Below are positions 34,519 to 46,333 of a stretch of 64,000 bases of DNA, one piece after another. The stretch is from the NCBI RefSeq assembly GCF_000142905.1, contig NW_013657673.1, positions 484,701-548,700 on the forward strand, written 5' to 3'. The notes under the pieces were generated by a model, which was given only the letters and a program-made list of their open reading frames with translations, had not been told where the DNA came from and did no database searches. This DNA is from Thecamonas trahens ATCC 50062. Taxonomy: Eukaryota; Protista; Apusomonadida. The stretch's first letter is position 1. Every line of letters begins with the position of its first letter. The translations under genes were made by a program, and so were the position numbers.

Positions 34519-36799
34519 ATGGGCAAGTCGCGGAGGAAGCACGACGACGACGAGTCGCACGGGAAGCAGAAGCGCCAGAAGACACTCCAGCAAGAGGTGG
34601 ATGCCTCTGAAGATGTTGGGTATGTATAGCCTGCCATGTCACTCTCACTGCCCTTCCCCTTTCCTCCTCTGCATGCTGCAGTGGTGCCTCTGCCCTTAAC
34701 AGCGGCGGATGAGGATGAGGATGGATTGCCGGCGCTTAGCACAAGGGGGGGCGGAGAGGGGGTGAAGGGGCGGGCATTGACTCACGCATGAGAGGTTGGA
34801 ATGGACTACTTGACTGGACGGGGTGGCGGGCGGGGTTGTGTGAGCAGCTTCACGGACGACAATGCTGAGTGGCTGCAGCCTGTGAAGAAGGGCAAGTCCA
34901 AGAGCAAGGACAAGGCCAAGGATAAGGCCAAGAAGAGCAAGGAGAAGAAGTCCAAGAGCAAGGACAAGTCCAAGAGCAAGAACAAGGCCAAGGAGCTGAT
35001 CAAGAAGGCCGAGGCTAGGGAGGATCTGCTGGCGTCAGATGATGATGATGATCATGGCTTTGGCATGGCAGGGGATCTGCTCGGGGACGATGACGACGAG
35101 TTTGGCAGCGCGGGCATGGACGAGTTTGGCGGACTGGCGACGATGACGACGAGCTGCTCCCGATTGAGAAGGCTGCACGGCGGCTGGATGCCGAGGCGGC
35201 GGTTGTGGCGGCCGAGGCCGAGGCCGAGATGGTTGCCGGTGACGGCGAGGACCACTCGTACCTGTTCACCGGCCACCGGGCCGAGGGCGGGAGCGAGTCG
35301 TCGGACGAGGAGGAGAACGAGGCCAAGGCACAGCTCAAGGCCGCGGGCCAGACGCTGATGGATGAGATGATTCACGCGCCGGACCTTGCGATGGTGCACA
35401 CTCGGATTTCGGGCGTTGTGCGGATTCTGATGCAGTTCCGCGAGCTGAGCGATCCGCGTTACTCGCGGAAGAAGTACATGTCGCAGCTGGTGGCTGACCT
35501 TGCGCTGTACTACGGGTACACCGACTGGCTTGTGGGCCAGCTGCTGGACGTGGTGGGCGTGGCGCAGATCATGGAGCTGCTGGAGGCGTGCAACGTGCCG
35601 CGGCCTGTGACGATCCGGACGAACACGCTCAAGACCAAGCGCCGTGTGCTCGCACAGGCGCTCATTGCGCGCGGAGTCAACCTCGATCCTCTGCCGTGGT
35701 CCAAGGAGGCGCTGCAGGTGTACGACTCTGCGGTGCCGATTGGCGCGACGCCCGAGTACCTCGCGGGCCACTACCTCATCCAAAGCGCGGCATCGCTCAT
35801 GCCCGTGGTCGCGCTCGACCCGCAGGCCGGCGAGTTTGTGCTGGACATGGCGTCTGCGCCGGGTGGCAAGACGACCCACATTGCGACGCGGATGGGCAAC
35901 AAGGCGTGGTCTTTGCCAACGACACCTCGGCCAACCGAATCAAGGCCATTGTGGGCAACTGCGCCCGGCTGGGTGTGCGCAACACGGTGGTGTGCCACTA
36001 CGACGGCCGGACGCTCTCGTCGGTCGCCTCCAACTTTGACCGCGTCCTCCTCGACGCGCCGTGCTCGGGCACAGGCGTTATCGACAAGGACCCGTCGGTC
36101 AAGACCTCGCGGACGGCCGACTCGATCCGCAGCAACGCGCGGTTGCAGCGCGACATGCTGCTGGCCGCCATCGACGCGACGAACGCCCACTCGAAGACCG
36201 GTGGCTACATCGTGTACTCGACCTGCTCCATGCTGGTGCAGGAGAACGAGGAAGTTATCGACAAGGTCCTCGCTCTCCGTGACGTGAAGATCGTCGACGC
36301 CGGCCTTCCGTTTGGCACCCCGGGTTTTACCCGCTTCAAGACCCGACGCTTCCACCCGCACATGGATCGCGCCCGCCGCTTCTTCCCGCACACCCACAAC
36401 ATGTCGGGCTTCTTCGTCTGCAAGCTCCGCAAGATCTCCAACCAGGGTGCCGGCGAGAACCTGCCGTACCAGTCGCGCCTCAACCAGAAGAAGAAGTCGC
36501 GCCAGGCCAAGCTCGCTGCCAAGCGCGCCGAGCGCGTCGAGGCCAAGAACCCCGAGGGCGTGGCCGAGGTCGAAACCCTCGATGCCGACCTCCTCCTCTT
36601 CGACGTCTCGTCCTCCGACGATGATGACGACGACAACGACGACGGCAATGATGGCCTTGCCACCGTCCTCCTCAACTCGTCCAAGAAGACCAAGGGCGTC
36701 CGCTCCAACACCGACATCACCCTCTCCAAGAAGGAGCGCCGCAAGGCCGAGCGTGTCCATCAGAAGGGCAAGGGCGGTTTCCGGCCTGTCAAGCAGTAG
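34519..36799 (+). CDS. NOP2: Nucleolar rRNA m5C methyltransferase NOP2/NSUN1 (intron 34620-34847; apparent frameshifts ~35136 and ~35903)
   Basis: GTATGT...GAGCAG phase-2 intron creates GFTDDNAEWL; PVTIRTNTLKTKRR; VPIGATPEYLAGHY; LDMASAPGGKTT; FDRVLLDAPCSGTGVI; VYSTCS; FFPHTHNMSGFFV. Confidence 0.95.
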
Positions 36800-37085
36800 A
36801 AACACATCCGATAGTGCAGAAGACCACGACTACCCTCCCCCCCCTCCCCCTCCCCCTCCCCCCCCCAGTTATGCTCGTCTTACAAACCAGGGGATCTCCT
36901 CAGTCATCAGACCGGCCTCAACGAGCCAGGCCAGCCCAGGCCAGCTCCCTGCCATGATCCCCATCACCCAACCCGTTCCCCACCACCACCCCACCAACAC
37001 CAACACCCCACCACCACCACCACACCACCACCACCACCACCACCACCACCACACTCCACACTCCACTTTAGCATTGCTCAGGGAG

Positions 37086-39470
37086 ATGTCTCAACCACCG
37101 CTCCCTACAGAGCCCCCTCCACCCATGGGGGGATACAGTGCTGGGTATGGACAGGGACAAGGCGGACAAGGCGGACAAGGCGGGCAAGGCGGCGGACAAG
37201 GCGGACAGCACGGACAAGGCGGACAAGGCGGGCAAGGCTATGGATACGCCACTCACGGAGGGGCGTACACGGGACAAATGTACGCCCCGCCACAGTCTGG
37301 TCACCCTCATACTCCAGGCTACCCGCCTGCTCAGGGATACCCGCCAGCTCAGGGATACCCGCCAGCTCAGGGATACCCGCCAGCTCAAGGATACCCGCCA
37401 GCTCAAGGATACCCGCCAGCTCAAGGATACCTGCCAGCTCAGGGATATCCTCATTCCTTCCCGCAGCAACACGGTCAAGGCTACCAGCCTCCTGCGGGTC
37501 CATCGACAGGATCGGGACCGCCTTCGGGCCCGGCCGGATCTGCGCCGTACGCTGGCTCCCACCTGCCGCACGGCTACGCTCCGCCGCAGCAAGGCTATGG
37601 CGTGAGGACGGCGCCAGTGCATCCGCCGCCATCGCGTGAGGCCAAAACCGTCTGGCTCAATGGCATCTCCAACAACCTGCCCGACCATGTCATCCGAACT
37701 GCTTGCGAGGCCTTTGGCCCTGTTACCTCGATCAACATGCCCGTCGGCAAGCCGTTTGCTTTTGTTGATTTTGCCACCCACGATGCCGCCGCCGCCGCCG
37801 TCGCCGCGGCCTCCATTGTTGTCGGCAAGACGACTGCCCGCGTCGAGTGGTCCTCGACGCCGACGCCTGGCAGCGCTTCCGGCCCGCCGTCGCGCTCGCG
37901 CCCGTTTGTCTCGCGCAACCCTCCGTCGGCCACGCTGTTTGTCGGCAACGTGGGGGTTGACGTCTCCCGCGACGACCTCCATGCCGCCATGGCCCAGTAC
38001 GGCACCGTCGAGTCGGTCGAGACTCTGGCCGACCGTGGCTGTGCCTTTGTTCAGTTTGCCGCAGAGGCCGACGCCATCCGCGCGTTCGATACCCTCCGCG
38101 GCTACCTCCAGCTCGGCCCCCGTCGCCTCACTATCGAGTACGGCAAGACGAGCCGGCGCTCTGCTCCCCGCGGCCACCCGTCGTCGTCATACGACCGCGC
38201 TCGCACAGGCTCTAACACCCTGCCAGTTGGCGGCGGGAGCGGAGGCGGAGGTCCTGGTCTCGGCCACGGCGCCCCGCCCCGTGGCCCGCCCCGCGGCCCG
38301 CCCCGTGGCCCGCGTGTCGAGGGCCCCACCGGTTTTTATGGTCGGCCGTCCGACGGTCCCTCCATCCCGCGACAGGAGCACGTCATCTCGCTGCCGTCCG
38401 AGGTCGCCTCAATGGTTGACGAGAGCACGCTCTCGCTCGGTGCCGTCCCTATCGAGCGCCCTCCCGAGGTCGCGCTCCCGCCCGAGAACAAGGAGGTCGT
38501 CGCCTTTATCGAGGCACTCGCCGAGGCTGTCATCGATACGCCGGATCTTGAGCTCCTGCTGCTGGCCAAGCACGACGAGCCGCGTTTTGCCTTTCTCAAG
38601 CAGGCATACGTCGAGTCCGAGTCGGCAGACGAGGCCACCCGCGAGCTCGCTCGCTACTACCGCTTCCGCCTCTGGCAGGTTCGCGCCGCAAAGACCAAGA
38701 AGGCCCAGATCGAGATTCGCAACAAGGTCATGCCCAAGCTGCTCCAGGGCTCTGCCCCGATGCCGCCTTCGGCTCCGGCCCAGCAGCAGCTGCAGCACCC
38801 GCCGCCGCCGCGCCCGCCTCAGCAGCAACTCCAGCACCAGCTCCAGCAACACATGCCCGTCCCCGCTCCGGCTGCCGCCCCGCCGCTCCCGCCCACCGCC
38901 CCGCCGCCGCTCCCGCCCACCGCCCCGCCGCCGTTGCCACCCACCCCTGCCCCGCCGCTTCCACCCACCGCTGCCCCGCCGCTCCCGCCTACTGCTCCGC
39001 CTCCGTCCGAGGTCGCGGCCGCCTTTGACGCCGAGCTCGCCCAGCTGACCGAGGCCAAGGCGTCGATCGCCAAGGTTCGCGATTTTATGCTCACTCACGC
39101 CGAGTCGGCCATCGAGCCCATGCTCAACGCACTGCAGGCCCGCGCCGACGCCGCGCCCACCCTCACTGCAGCGCTTCCGATTGCCTATGTCGTCAACGAG
39201 GTCCTCTCCGCCGCCGCCCGTGCGCAGCGCATCCCGTCGCGGCTCGCCCACGTCTCGCGTGCCATTCTCCTCAGGCTCCCGGCGCTCTTTGGTCGCATCC
39301 ACGCCCTCGCTGCTGCCGCCAACTCCGGTCACGTCCTCCAGATCGTCCGCGCCTGGAGCTCAAAGGCGATTGTGCCCGGTGCCGCCGTCGACGCCCTGGA
39401 ACCGCTCGTCGCTGGTGTGGTTCCGCACGACCAGGCCTCGTGGCACCGCTTTGTCGTCTCGCTCCCGTAG
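37086..39470 (+). CDS. RNA-binding protein with 2 RRMs, SURP/SWAP and CID domains (U2SURP/CHERP-like)
   Basis: RRMs (TVWLNGI...FAFVDF; TLFVGNV...CAFVQF); SURP (FIEALAEAV...PRFAFL...YYRFRLW); CID-like (AKASIAKVRDFML...IAYVVNEVL); low-complexity N-terminus. Confidence 0.75.
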   Translation: MSQPPLPTEPPPPMGGYSAGYGQGQGGQGGQGGQGGGQGGQHGQGGQGGQGYGYATHGGAYTGQMYAPPQSGHPHTPGYPPAQGYPPAQGYPPAQGYPPAQGYPPAQGYPPAQGYLPAQGYPHSFPQQHGQGYQPPAGPSTGSGPPSGPAGSAPYAGSHLPHGYAPPQQGYGVRTAPVHPPPSREAKTVWLNGISNNLPDHVIRTACEAFGPVTSINMPVGKPFAFVDFATHDAAAAAVAAASIVVGKTTARVEWSSTPTPGSASGPPSRSRPFVSRNPPSATLFVGNVGVDVSRDDLHAAMAQYGTVESVETLADRGCAFVQFAAEADAIRAFDTLRGYLQLGPRRLTIEYGKTSRRSAPRGHPSSSYDRARTGSNTLPVGGGSGGGGPGLGHGAPPRGPPRGPPRGPRVEGPTGFYGRPSDGPSIPRQEHVISLPSEVASMVDESTLSLGAVPIERPPEVALPPENKEVVAFIEALAEAVIDTPDLELLLLAKHDEPRFAFLKQAYVESESADEATRELARYYRFRLWQVRAAKTKKAQIEIRNKVMPKLLQGSAPMPPSAPAQQQLQHPPPPRPPQQQLQHQLQQHMPVPAPAAAPPLPPTAPPPLPPTAPPPLPPTPAPPLPPTAAPPLPPTAPPPSEVAAAFDAELAQLTEAKASIAKVRDFMLTHAESAIEPMLNALQARADAAPTLTAALPIAYVVNEVLSAAARAQRIPSRLAHVSRAILLRLPALFGRIHALAAAANSGHVLQIVRAWSSKAIVPGAAVDALEPLVAGVVPHDQASWHRFVVSLP
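37318..37450 (+). repeat. 18-bp coding repeat (GYPPAQ) x~7
   Basis: ggatacccgccagctca(g/a) repeated. Confidence 0.9.
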
Positions 39471-39488
39471 CCCCGCTCCAGCAAACTC

Positions 39489-40301
39489 CTACGCGCCGGA
39501 AAAGAACGGGTGGTCGAGAACGGCAGCCATGCCGTCGGCGCCAAGCCTCGCGGCTGGATCGCGAGTACAGAGCGCGGCAATGAGCTCGCGTGCGGCAGGT
39601 GGGAAGCTCTGCTGCGGGCCAAGCGGCAGGTCGCAGTTCGCCACCCGGTCCAAAATCTGCTCCTCCAGCTGGCCGTACCACGGATACCCGCCGTTGTACA
39701 GGTCATAGATCATGATGCCCAGCGCCCACGCATCGGCCGCCGTTCCAAGCTCGCCGCCAGTCACAACCTCGGGCGCCACGTACGCCAGCGCGTCGCGATC
39801 GACAACAATGCGGCCGAGAGCAAACTCCGGATCCGGGCGGAGGAGTGATGACGGCAGGAGCTTGGGCACTAGCCCCTTGCCAAAGTACACGTTCTTTGGG
39901 CAGACCTTGCCGTGGACCTCGCCGGAGGCATGGACGGCCTCGATGGCGCGCGCCACCGCCGCCACGATGCCCGGCACAGACTCGGGATTGATCTTGCCCT
40001 CTTCGGCGTCCTCCTGCCATCGCTGCAGCGACTCCGAGTCGGTCCACTCCATCAGCACACGCAGGCCGCCATCTACCGCCTCGGCCACGCCCTTGACCGC
40101 CAACAAGTTCGGATGCGGCGGGAAAGCTAAGAGATCGGACACCAGACTCTCGACCAGCTCGTTCAGCTCGACCGGAACAGCTGGCCCAGCCACCATCTCC
40201 TCCCCATCGGCAAGGCGTACGCTCTCAAACCCCTCCCGTCCGTCGTACTCGCCCCATCCATCGTACACCACCTCGAGCGCATCTTCACTAATGCGGAGCA
40301 T
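39489..40301 (-). CDS. Protein-kinase-fold pseudokinase
   Basis: HPNLLAV, LMEW, YVAPEVV, DAWALG, P..RLG...HPFF are present, but HRD reads HGK, DFG is absent (KLLPSS), and no VAIK lysine or Gly loop is evident. Start inferred at MLRISED. Confidence 0.75.
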   Translation of the reverse strand: MLRISEDALEVVYDGWGEYDGREGFESVRLADGEEMVAGPAVPVELNELVESLVSDLLAFPPHPNLLAVKGVAEAVDGGLRVLMEWTDSESLQRWQEDAEEGKINPESVPGIVAAVARAIEAVHASGEVHGKVCPKNVYFGKGLVPKLLPSSLLRPDPEFALGRIVVDRDALAYVAPEVVTGGELGTAADAWALGIMIYDLYNGGYPWYGQLEEQILDRVANCDLPLGPQQSFPPAARELIAALCTRDPAARLGADGMAAVLDHPFFSGA

Positions 40302-40726
40302 GCCAGCGAGTGCAATGTGCCTCCGCTTCGGCGTTGTGTCTTGTAAGTCAGCTAGAGCAGCCAGGCCACAACCGCCTTTCTTTCTCCATCCCATCAAAGC
40401 CCCGCACCTCGCCACATGCCAGTCCAGCTGATTGCCTTGCTTCCGATCCAGTTGATCGGGCACATACAGGCGATCAAGCAGATTAGGAGTAGGAACATCA
40501 TGGCGAGACAGAGCCTAGACCTTCTCATCACCTCGCATGTCCCCTCGTTTGTCTCCCTGGCCTTTCCGGGCCGTGTAGGATGATGCCCCCCCCCCCCCCC
40601 TCGCAATGGTGCGCTTTGTTCCAAAACAAACCATTTTTCTCATACAGACTTTGACGACCTTTTTCTCATGTCACGTGGCCAGAGCCAGAGGAGCGAAATC
40701 GAGACACCTCACCCACGGGCCATAGG

Positions 40727-43700
40727 ATGAACATGGCAAAAGTGGAGAGGTATGGTCTGTACGCACTTGTGCTGCTTGTGCTTGTGACTGAGACTACCTT
40801 TGCAGCCCGTTCTCATGCTGGTCAGGCCATCCATGCCCTCCATGCTGCTGGTCTTGGCTCTGCTTCGCTCCGTGGCAACACCCACACCGCCGCCTTTACC
40901 ACCTTTTCTCCGCCGCTCCTCCTCCCGCAAGCTGACGACCGCGAGGACGGCAGCAATGTTCGGTCATCGATGGACATCCGCTCGCCAAGCCATCACCATG
41001 ATCACGTGGTGAATGCTCTCTCTCGCCACAATGTTCTCGGTCTGGCTGATCCCAAGCTCGAGCTGGTTCATCGCAGCGATGCCGCGGACCTCCATGCCCC
41101 ACACGCCCGCCATCACGCATCGTTTGCGCAGACGTACCATGGCGTCGAGGTCTTCCATGCCACCGTTCGGGCTGGGCTCAAGATTGACGAGCCGAGTGGG
41201 CTGCCGGCTCTGGCGACTCTGACCGGCACCACCGTGCCGACCGCCCTCCTCGACGCTGCCCGCCATCGGTCGTCGGACCCGCTCGTCCTCACTCCGCGCC
41301 TCTCGGTCCGGGCCGCCGCCCGTGCCGCTCTAAACGGCCTGGACAACGCGCCGAGCTGTGTCACCGTCCGCAAGCTCCCAAGCGCGCCGGTCATCTACGT
41401 CCGCGGGCTGTACAACGCGCATGGCCCGCAGCTCGACGCGTCCGCCCCGGTCCTCGCCTACGTCTTTGACGTGGTCGCCGAATGCACCGGCCAGCGGTGG
41501 CAAGTTGCCGTCTCGGCCAGAGACGGCAGTGTGATCGAGGCTCACGAGTCGACCACCTTTGCGCTCAACCGGTCGCTGGCCAACGTGACGGCGGACAACG
41601 TGATCTGGCGCGAGGGTGACCCGAACACGCTCACCGGTGACCTCAACCACACCATGTACGGGGCACGCAAGACGTACGACGTCTTCATGTCGGCCTTTGA
41701 GATCGACTCTTGGAACAAGAAGGGCGGGCCGATGAACACCGTGTTTGACGACCCCAAGATCTCGTGCCCGAACGCCAACTGGAACGGCGAGACAACCAAC
41801 TACTGTCGCGGCGTGGCGTCGATCGACACGGTTGCTCACGAGTGGGGCCACGCGTATACCGAGGGAGGGACTGACGACGTCCACGGCCTCATCTACATGT
41901 GGCAGACCGGCGCGCTGAACGAGGCCTACTCGGACATTGTCGGTCAGACCGTCGACCACCTGTTCAACCTTGACCTGCCGCAACCGTTTGGCCCGCGCGA
42001 GCTCGGCCGCTGCTCCACCTTCCAGACCTCACGCATTGCCCGCGGGCCCAAGATCAACGTCGTTTCGGCGACAGGCGACCCACTGCTGGAGTCGGCCGGC
42101 TTTGGCTTTTACGCCGCCGACAACGGCTCGCCCTGGACGTCGGCCGTGCTTGCCAACGCCTCGCTCACACTTGCTGCCGACGACTCGGGCGACCCGAACG
42201 ACGGCTGCTCGGCGCTGACGACGAACGTCGTCGACAGCATCGTACTTGTCAACCGTGGCTCGTGCTCGTTTGAGGACAAGGCTGCCAACGCCATCGCTGG
42301 CGGCGCGCGCGCACTGCTCATCGCTAACATCCCCGGCTCGGACCTCGTTGTGCCGGCTGTCACCTCCAACTTTCCGGTGGCCATGATTGCGACTTCGACA
42401 GGCGACTTTCTTCGTGGCCTCGTCGGCCTCTCGTCGGCCGGCGAAACGGCGCCGACGCTCGAGCTCGAGCTCGCGCCGGCGCCGCCGACGACTGGTTCGT
42501 ACCGCTGGCTGGCCGGTGCGCAAGATCCCGCCTTTGGTGGCGCCATCCGCGACCTGTGGGACCCGACGTGCTTTGGCCACCCGGGCAAGGTCACCGACGA
42601 CGAGTACCACTGCGATCCGTCGGACAACGGCGGTGTCCACCGCAACTCGGGTGTGGTCAACCACATGTTTGCCATGCTCGTCGACTCGACATTTGGCCAG
42701 GCCTACAACGGGCACGTCATCCCAGCTCTCGGCCTCACTGTTCCGTTCCACGTCTACTGGCGCGCCGCCTTTGCCTACCACACCCAGACGACCGACTTTA
42801 AGGCCCACGACGCCGCCCTCCGGCAGGCCTGCGCAGACCTCGTCGCCGACGGCACCCCGCTCCGCTCGCTCGTCGACGGCTCGCCCACGGCGCCGGTCAC
42901 CGCTGCAGACTGCGATGCGATCAACGATGCTGCTGCCGCCGTCGAGCTCACCGCCACCCCGCCTTGCAACTTTCAGCCGTACCTCGCGGCGGGCTCGCTT
43001 ACCGTCTGCCCTGCCGCCACCCCGTTCTACACCGAGACGTTTGCCACCGCGCCGGCCGGATGGACAGCTTCGGCCGAAGGCGTCTCGCCGACGTGGTCGC
43101 CGGTCAACTGGCAGTTCCGCACCGCGCTGCCGGACGGCCGGACCGGTGGCTATTACGCCCCGGACCCGCTCGTCGGCAACTGCGTGACGACCGACCAGTC
43201 CGGAACCATGACCCTCGTCGCGCCGCCGATCGAGATCCCGGCCTCGGTCGGGTCAAAGGCCATGGTCCAGCTCGAGTTTACCCACTACGTGGCAACCGAG
43301 GCCTCGTTTGACGGCGGTGTGGTCATGGCCTCCATCAACGGTGCCCCGGCCGTTGCCCTGCCGGCCGACGCCTGGATGTTCAACGGCCCGCCGACCGAGC
43401 TCATCCGCTCGCCAGTCTCGACGAACCCGCTCGGCGGCCTGCACGCCTTCTCGGGCGTCAACGGCGGCTCGCTCTCAGGGTCGTGGGCCACCTCGACCGC
43501 AATGCTCTCGGTGTCGAGCGGCGACGAGGTCGTTCTCTCGTGGGTCATGTCGACCGACTGCGGCGGCGGCGTCGACGGCTGGTACATCGACTCGGTCTCG
43601 CTCGTTGCATGCGCCGCCGAGTGTGGCGATAACGTCTGCACCCGGGAGGCCGGCGAGTCATGCTTCACTTGCCCGGCAGACTGCGAATGTGAGTGTGGCT

Positions 43701-44562
43701 TTGCGTATGAGCCAGTCCTCCCGGGCATGCTCCCGCACTCGCCGCTGGCTGCCGCGTCGGCCATGCCCGGAAACCCGGCGCTGGCCTGCTCGCAGGCCGG
43801 CGTCGCCGGCCAGTGCCCTGAAGACTGCTGCGGCGACGGCGTGTGCTCGCCAGGCGAGTCGTGCGAGGTTGACTGTTGCGCCTACCTGCCCGACTGCTCG
43901 TTTGAGCAGGCCGGCTGGTACCTCGAGTCGACCGGGCCTATCAGCGACGTTGTCGTCCGCCTCGGCTCGAGCGTCTGCGCCGCCGGCGCTTCGTGTCTCG
44001 CCTTCCAGGGTAAGCTCGACCCGTCGGGTTTGTACATTCTGGAGGCCTCGACCGCCGCGTCTGCGCTGTTCACTGTCCCCACCGCCCCGCGCACCCTCCG
44101 CCTCCAGCTGCAGGCCTACGCGCTCTGTGGCGGAACGCCGCCGTCGATCCAGGTCTGGCTCAACCACGAGGTACTGGTCTTTGACTCGGCGACCTCTCCC
44201 ATGCCGTGCCACGCCACCGTCGATGCCGCCAACTTTGCGTCCTACAACGTCACCCTCTCCGGCAACGACCTCACAGCCGCCCTTGTCGCCGGCTCGCGCA
44301 ACACCATCACCATCAACGGCACCGTCGTTGAGGACATTGTCATCGTCGACGCCATCAAGGTCGACTTTGACACTGCACCCGACACTCCGGGCGCCACCCC
44401 GGTCCGTCAAAGTCCAAGACCGAGACCGGCCTGATCGCCACCGTCGTCGTCCTCTCCATCGTCGTCGTCGTCTTTGTCGGCCTCATCGCCGGCTACTTTT
44501 GGCGCATGCGCCAGATGCAGCGTGGTGGCTCTATGGGTGGTGGCTTTGAGATGCTGGGCTAG
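40727..44562 (+). CDS. Thermolysin-family (M4) metalloprotease with signal/propeptide, inserted PA domain, Cys-rich repeats and C-terminal TM (apparent frameshift ~44400)
   Basis: FTP-like FAQTYHGVEV; NANWNG; HEWGH (HExxH); GALNEAYSD; PA domain IVLVNRGSCSFEDKAANAIAGGARALLIAN; DNGGVHRNSG; CGDNVC/CGDGVC repeats; restored tail GLIATVVVLSIVVVVFVGLIAGYFWRMR. Confidence 0.9.
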
Positions 44563-44725
44563 GTAAATGAGTTTATGCCAAGTGTGGCCTGTTGGGGGAG
44601 CGCATGATCGCAGAAAAAGCCGCTCATTTCTCGCAAAACACGCACAGCGGAGCGGCACCATCGCGACACACCGCTAGTAGTCAGCAACACAACCACGCAC
44701 AATTGCCACTGCCTTTACCACAATG

Positions 44726-45956
44726 CTACAAGCTCTGCACAAAGTCGGGAAACGCGTTGTGGAAAAGTAGAGGCCGTGGACCGAGGCGTCGCGACAGACG
44801 ATGCCGCGCTCCTCGGCACGGAGCAGCTGCTGGCGAGCAAGCATGAGCGAGAGCGAGGCAGCGGCAGCGAGCTCCGAGGCCGAGACGCCGTGGTCGGAGG
44901 CGGTGGCGAGGTCGAGGATGGTGGCAGTCATGGCCTCCTCAGAGTAGGCGTCCGACTGGACGACCTTGGCGCCGGACGCAAACTCGTGGAGCGACATGCC
45001 GACAGGCGGCGAGAGCGAGCCAAAGGCGGCGACAGCCGCGAGGATGTCGTCGGGCGAGACAAGGTCGGTCCCACGAGCGCGGTTGTAGAGGCAGTACACA
45101 TCGGTGAGCGGGAGAACGCCGTGAGTCGAGCGGTCGGCCAGGATCGGTGTGAGGAACGCCGCCAACTCGCGGGCGAGCTGGGTGTGGAAGGCCGAGGTCG
45201 AGCCTGCTGCCGCGCGCGAGACCGACGGCGCCGAGACCGAGCCCATGCCCAGTGACATGAGGTGGTCTTGCAGATCAACCTCGTCCTTGGCCTCGGCCGC
45301 GTCGGCCTCGCGCCGCCGCGACCGCGCCGCCCGCTCCTGAGCGGCCTTGACCCGTGCCGCGAGCTTGACAATGTCGCGGGTCTTGGCCATGAGCGTGTCC
45401 AGATCCGCAAACGCCGCGCTGAGTGTCGCCTCATCCTCGCGCGCCTGCCGGTCGACCCGCCGCATGATGCCCGAGATGCCCGCTGATCGTGTGGAGAAGC
45501 CTTCGGACGGACCGGCGGCGGCCGGTCTGCGATTATTGTTGGCCTTTGACGGCCGATCGACCCAGAGCTTCATCTTGACCGTGTCTGCCAGCTTGGCGAG
45601 CATGTCCTTGTAGCCCTTGTCATGGAACGAGAGCCGCAGATCGTACTCGCTGCCGGCTGAGGCCTTGGCCGTCACGAGGATCTTTGAGTAGCGGGCGAGG
45701 AAGGACGACGATCCCCTAAACGACGCCAAATTTTCCAGCGGAAACCGGAGTGCCCGATTCCGCCTGCCGCTGTCGTCCTTACCGAACATGTACAACTCGT
45801 ACGTGGTGAGGACGCACCGCGCGTCGCGAACGAGACAGACCTCGTCAGCACCGCGGACGACCACGTCGTCGACCGTCGCCACCACAATCTCCCCTCCTCC
45901 GGCACCACGTCCTCATACGGGTACTCGCTGACACCAGGCGTCCCACTTGCTGCCAT
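44726..45956 (-). CDS. VPS36: ESCRT-II subunit VPS36/EAP45 (apparent frameshifts ~45892 and ~44765)
   Basis: GLUE-like N-terminus (CVLTTYEL; SKILV; RLSFH); AGISGIMR; AFADLDTLMAK; FHTQLAREL; LTDVYCLYNRARGTDLVSPDD; CRDASVHGLYF(F)HNAF. Confidence 0.92.
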
Positions 45957-46162
45957 GAGTACGTGTATACGTGAGTGCGAGTGGCCGGTTTCGGAAGTGC
46001 GGTGTCTGTTGTGTGGCTTGCTCGCGGTCGTCGCTGTCGGCTGTCTTGACCACCGGCCATGCTTTCGATGTAGTCAACCTACGAAATACTCGGCAGTAGT
46101 CACGGCGTAGTTTGGCACGGTGAAACATTTTCTCACAAATATGTCATTGTTCACATCGTTCA

Positions 46163-46297
46163 CCCCTTCGTCCCGCACAGGAAACAATCTTCGCTCGTGC
46201 CCCGCTGGTGATCATAACCTATCACCCCACCCCTCCCCGCGCTCTTCTTCCTCCTCCCGCCCCCCCCTTCGTCCCGCACAGGAAACAATCTTCGCTC
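46163..46297 (+). repeat. 34-bp exact direct repeat (46163-46196, 46264-46297) in the divergent intergenic region
   Basis: ccccttcgtcccgcacaggaaacaatcttcgctc occurs twice, 101 bp apart. Confidence 0.9.
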
Positions 46298-46333
46298 CCC
46301 CTCCCCCCCCCCCCCCATATAACCAACCTCACC

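Noticed and set aside
36312-37085. 5' extension of the 1052-aa ORF including poly-His/poly-Pro
   Set aside because: It overlaps NOP2 in another frame and runs through C-rich intergenic sequence; ATG 37086 is the more plausible start.
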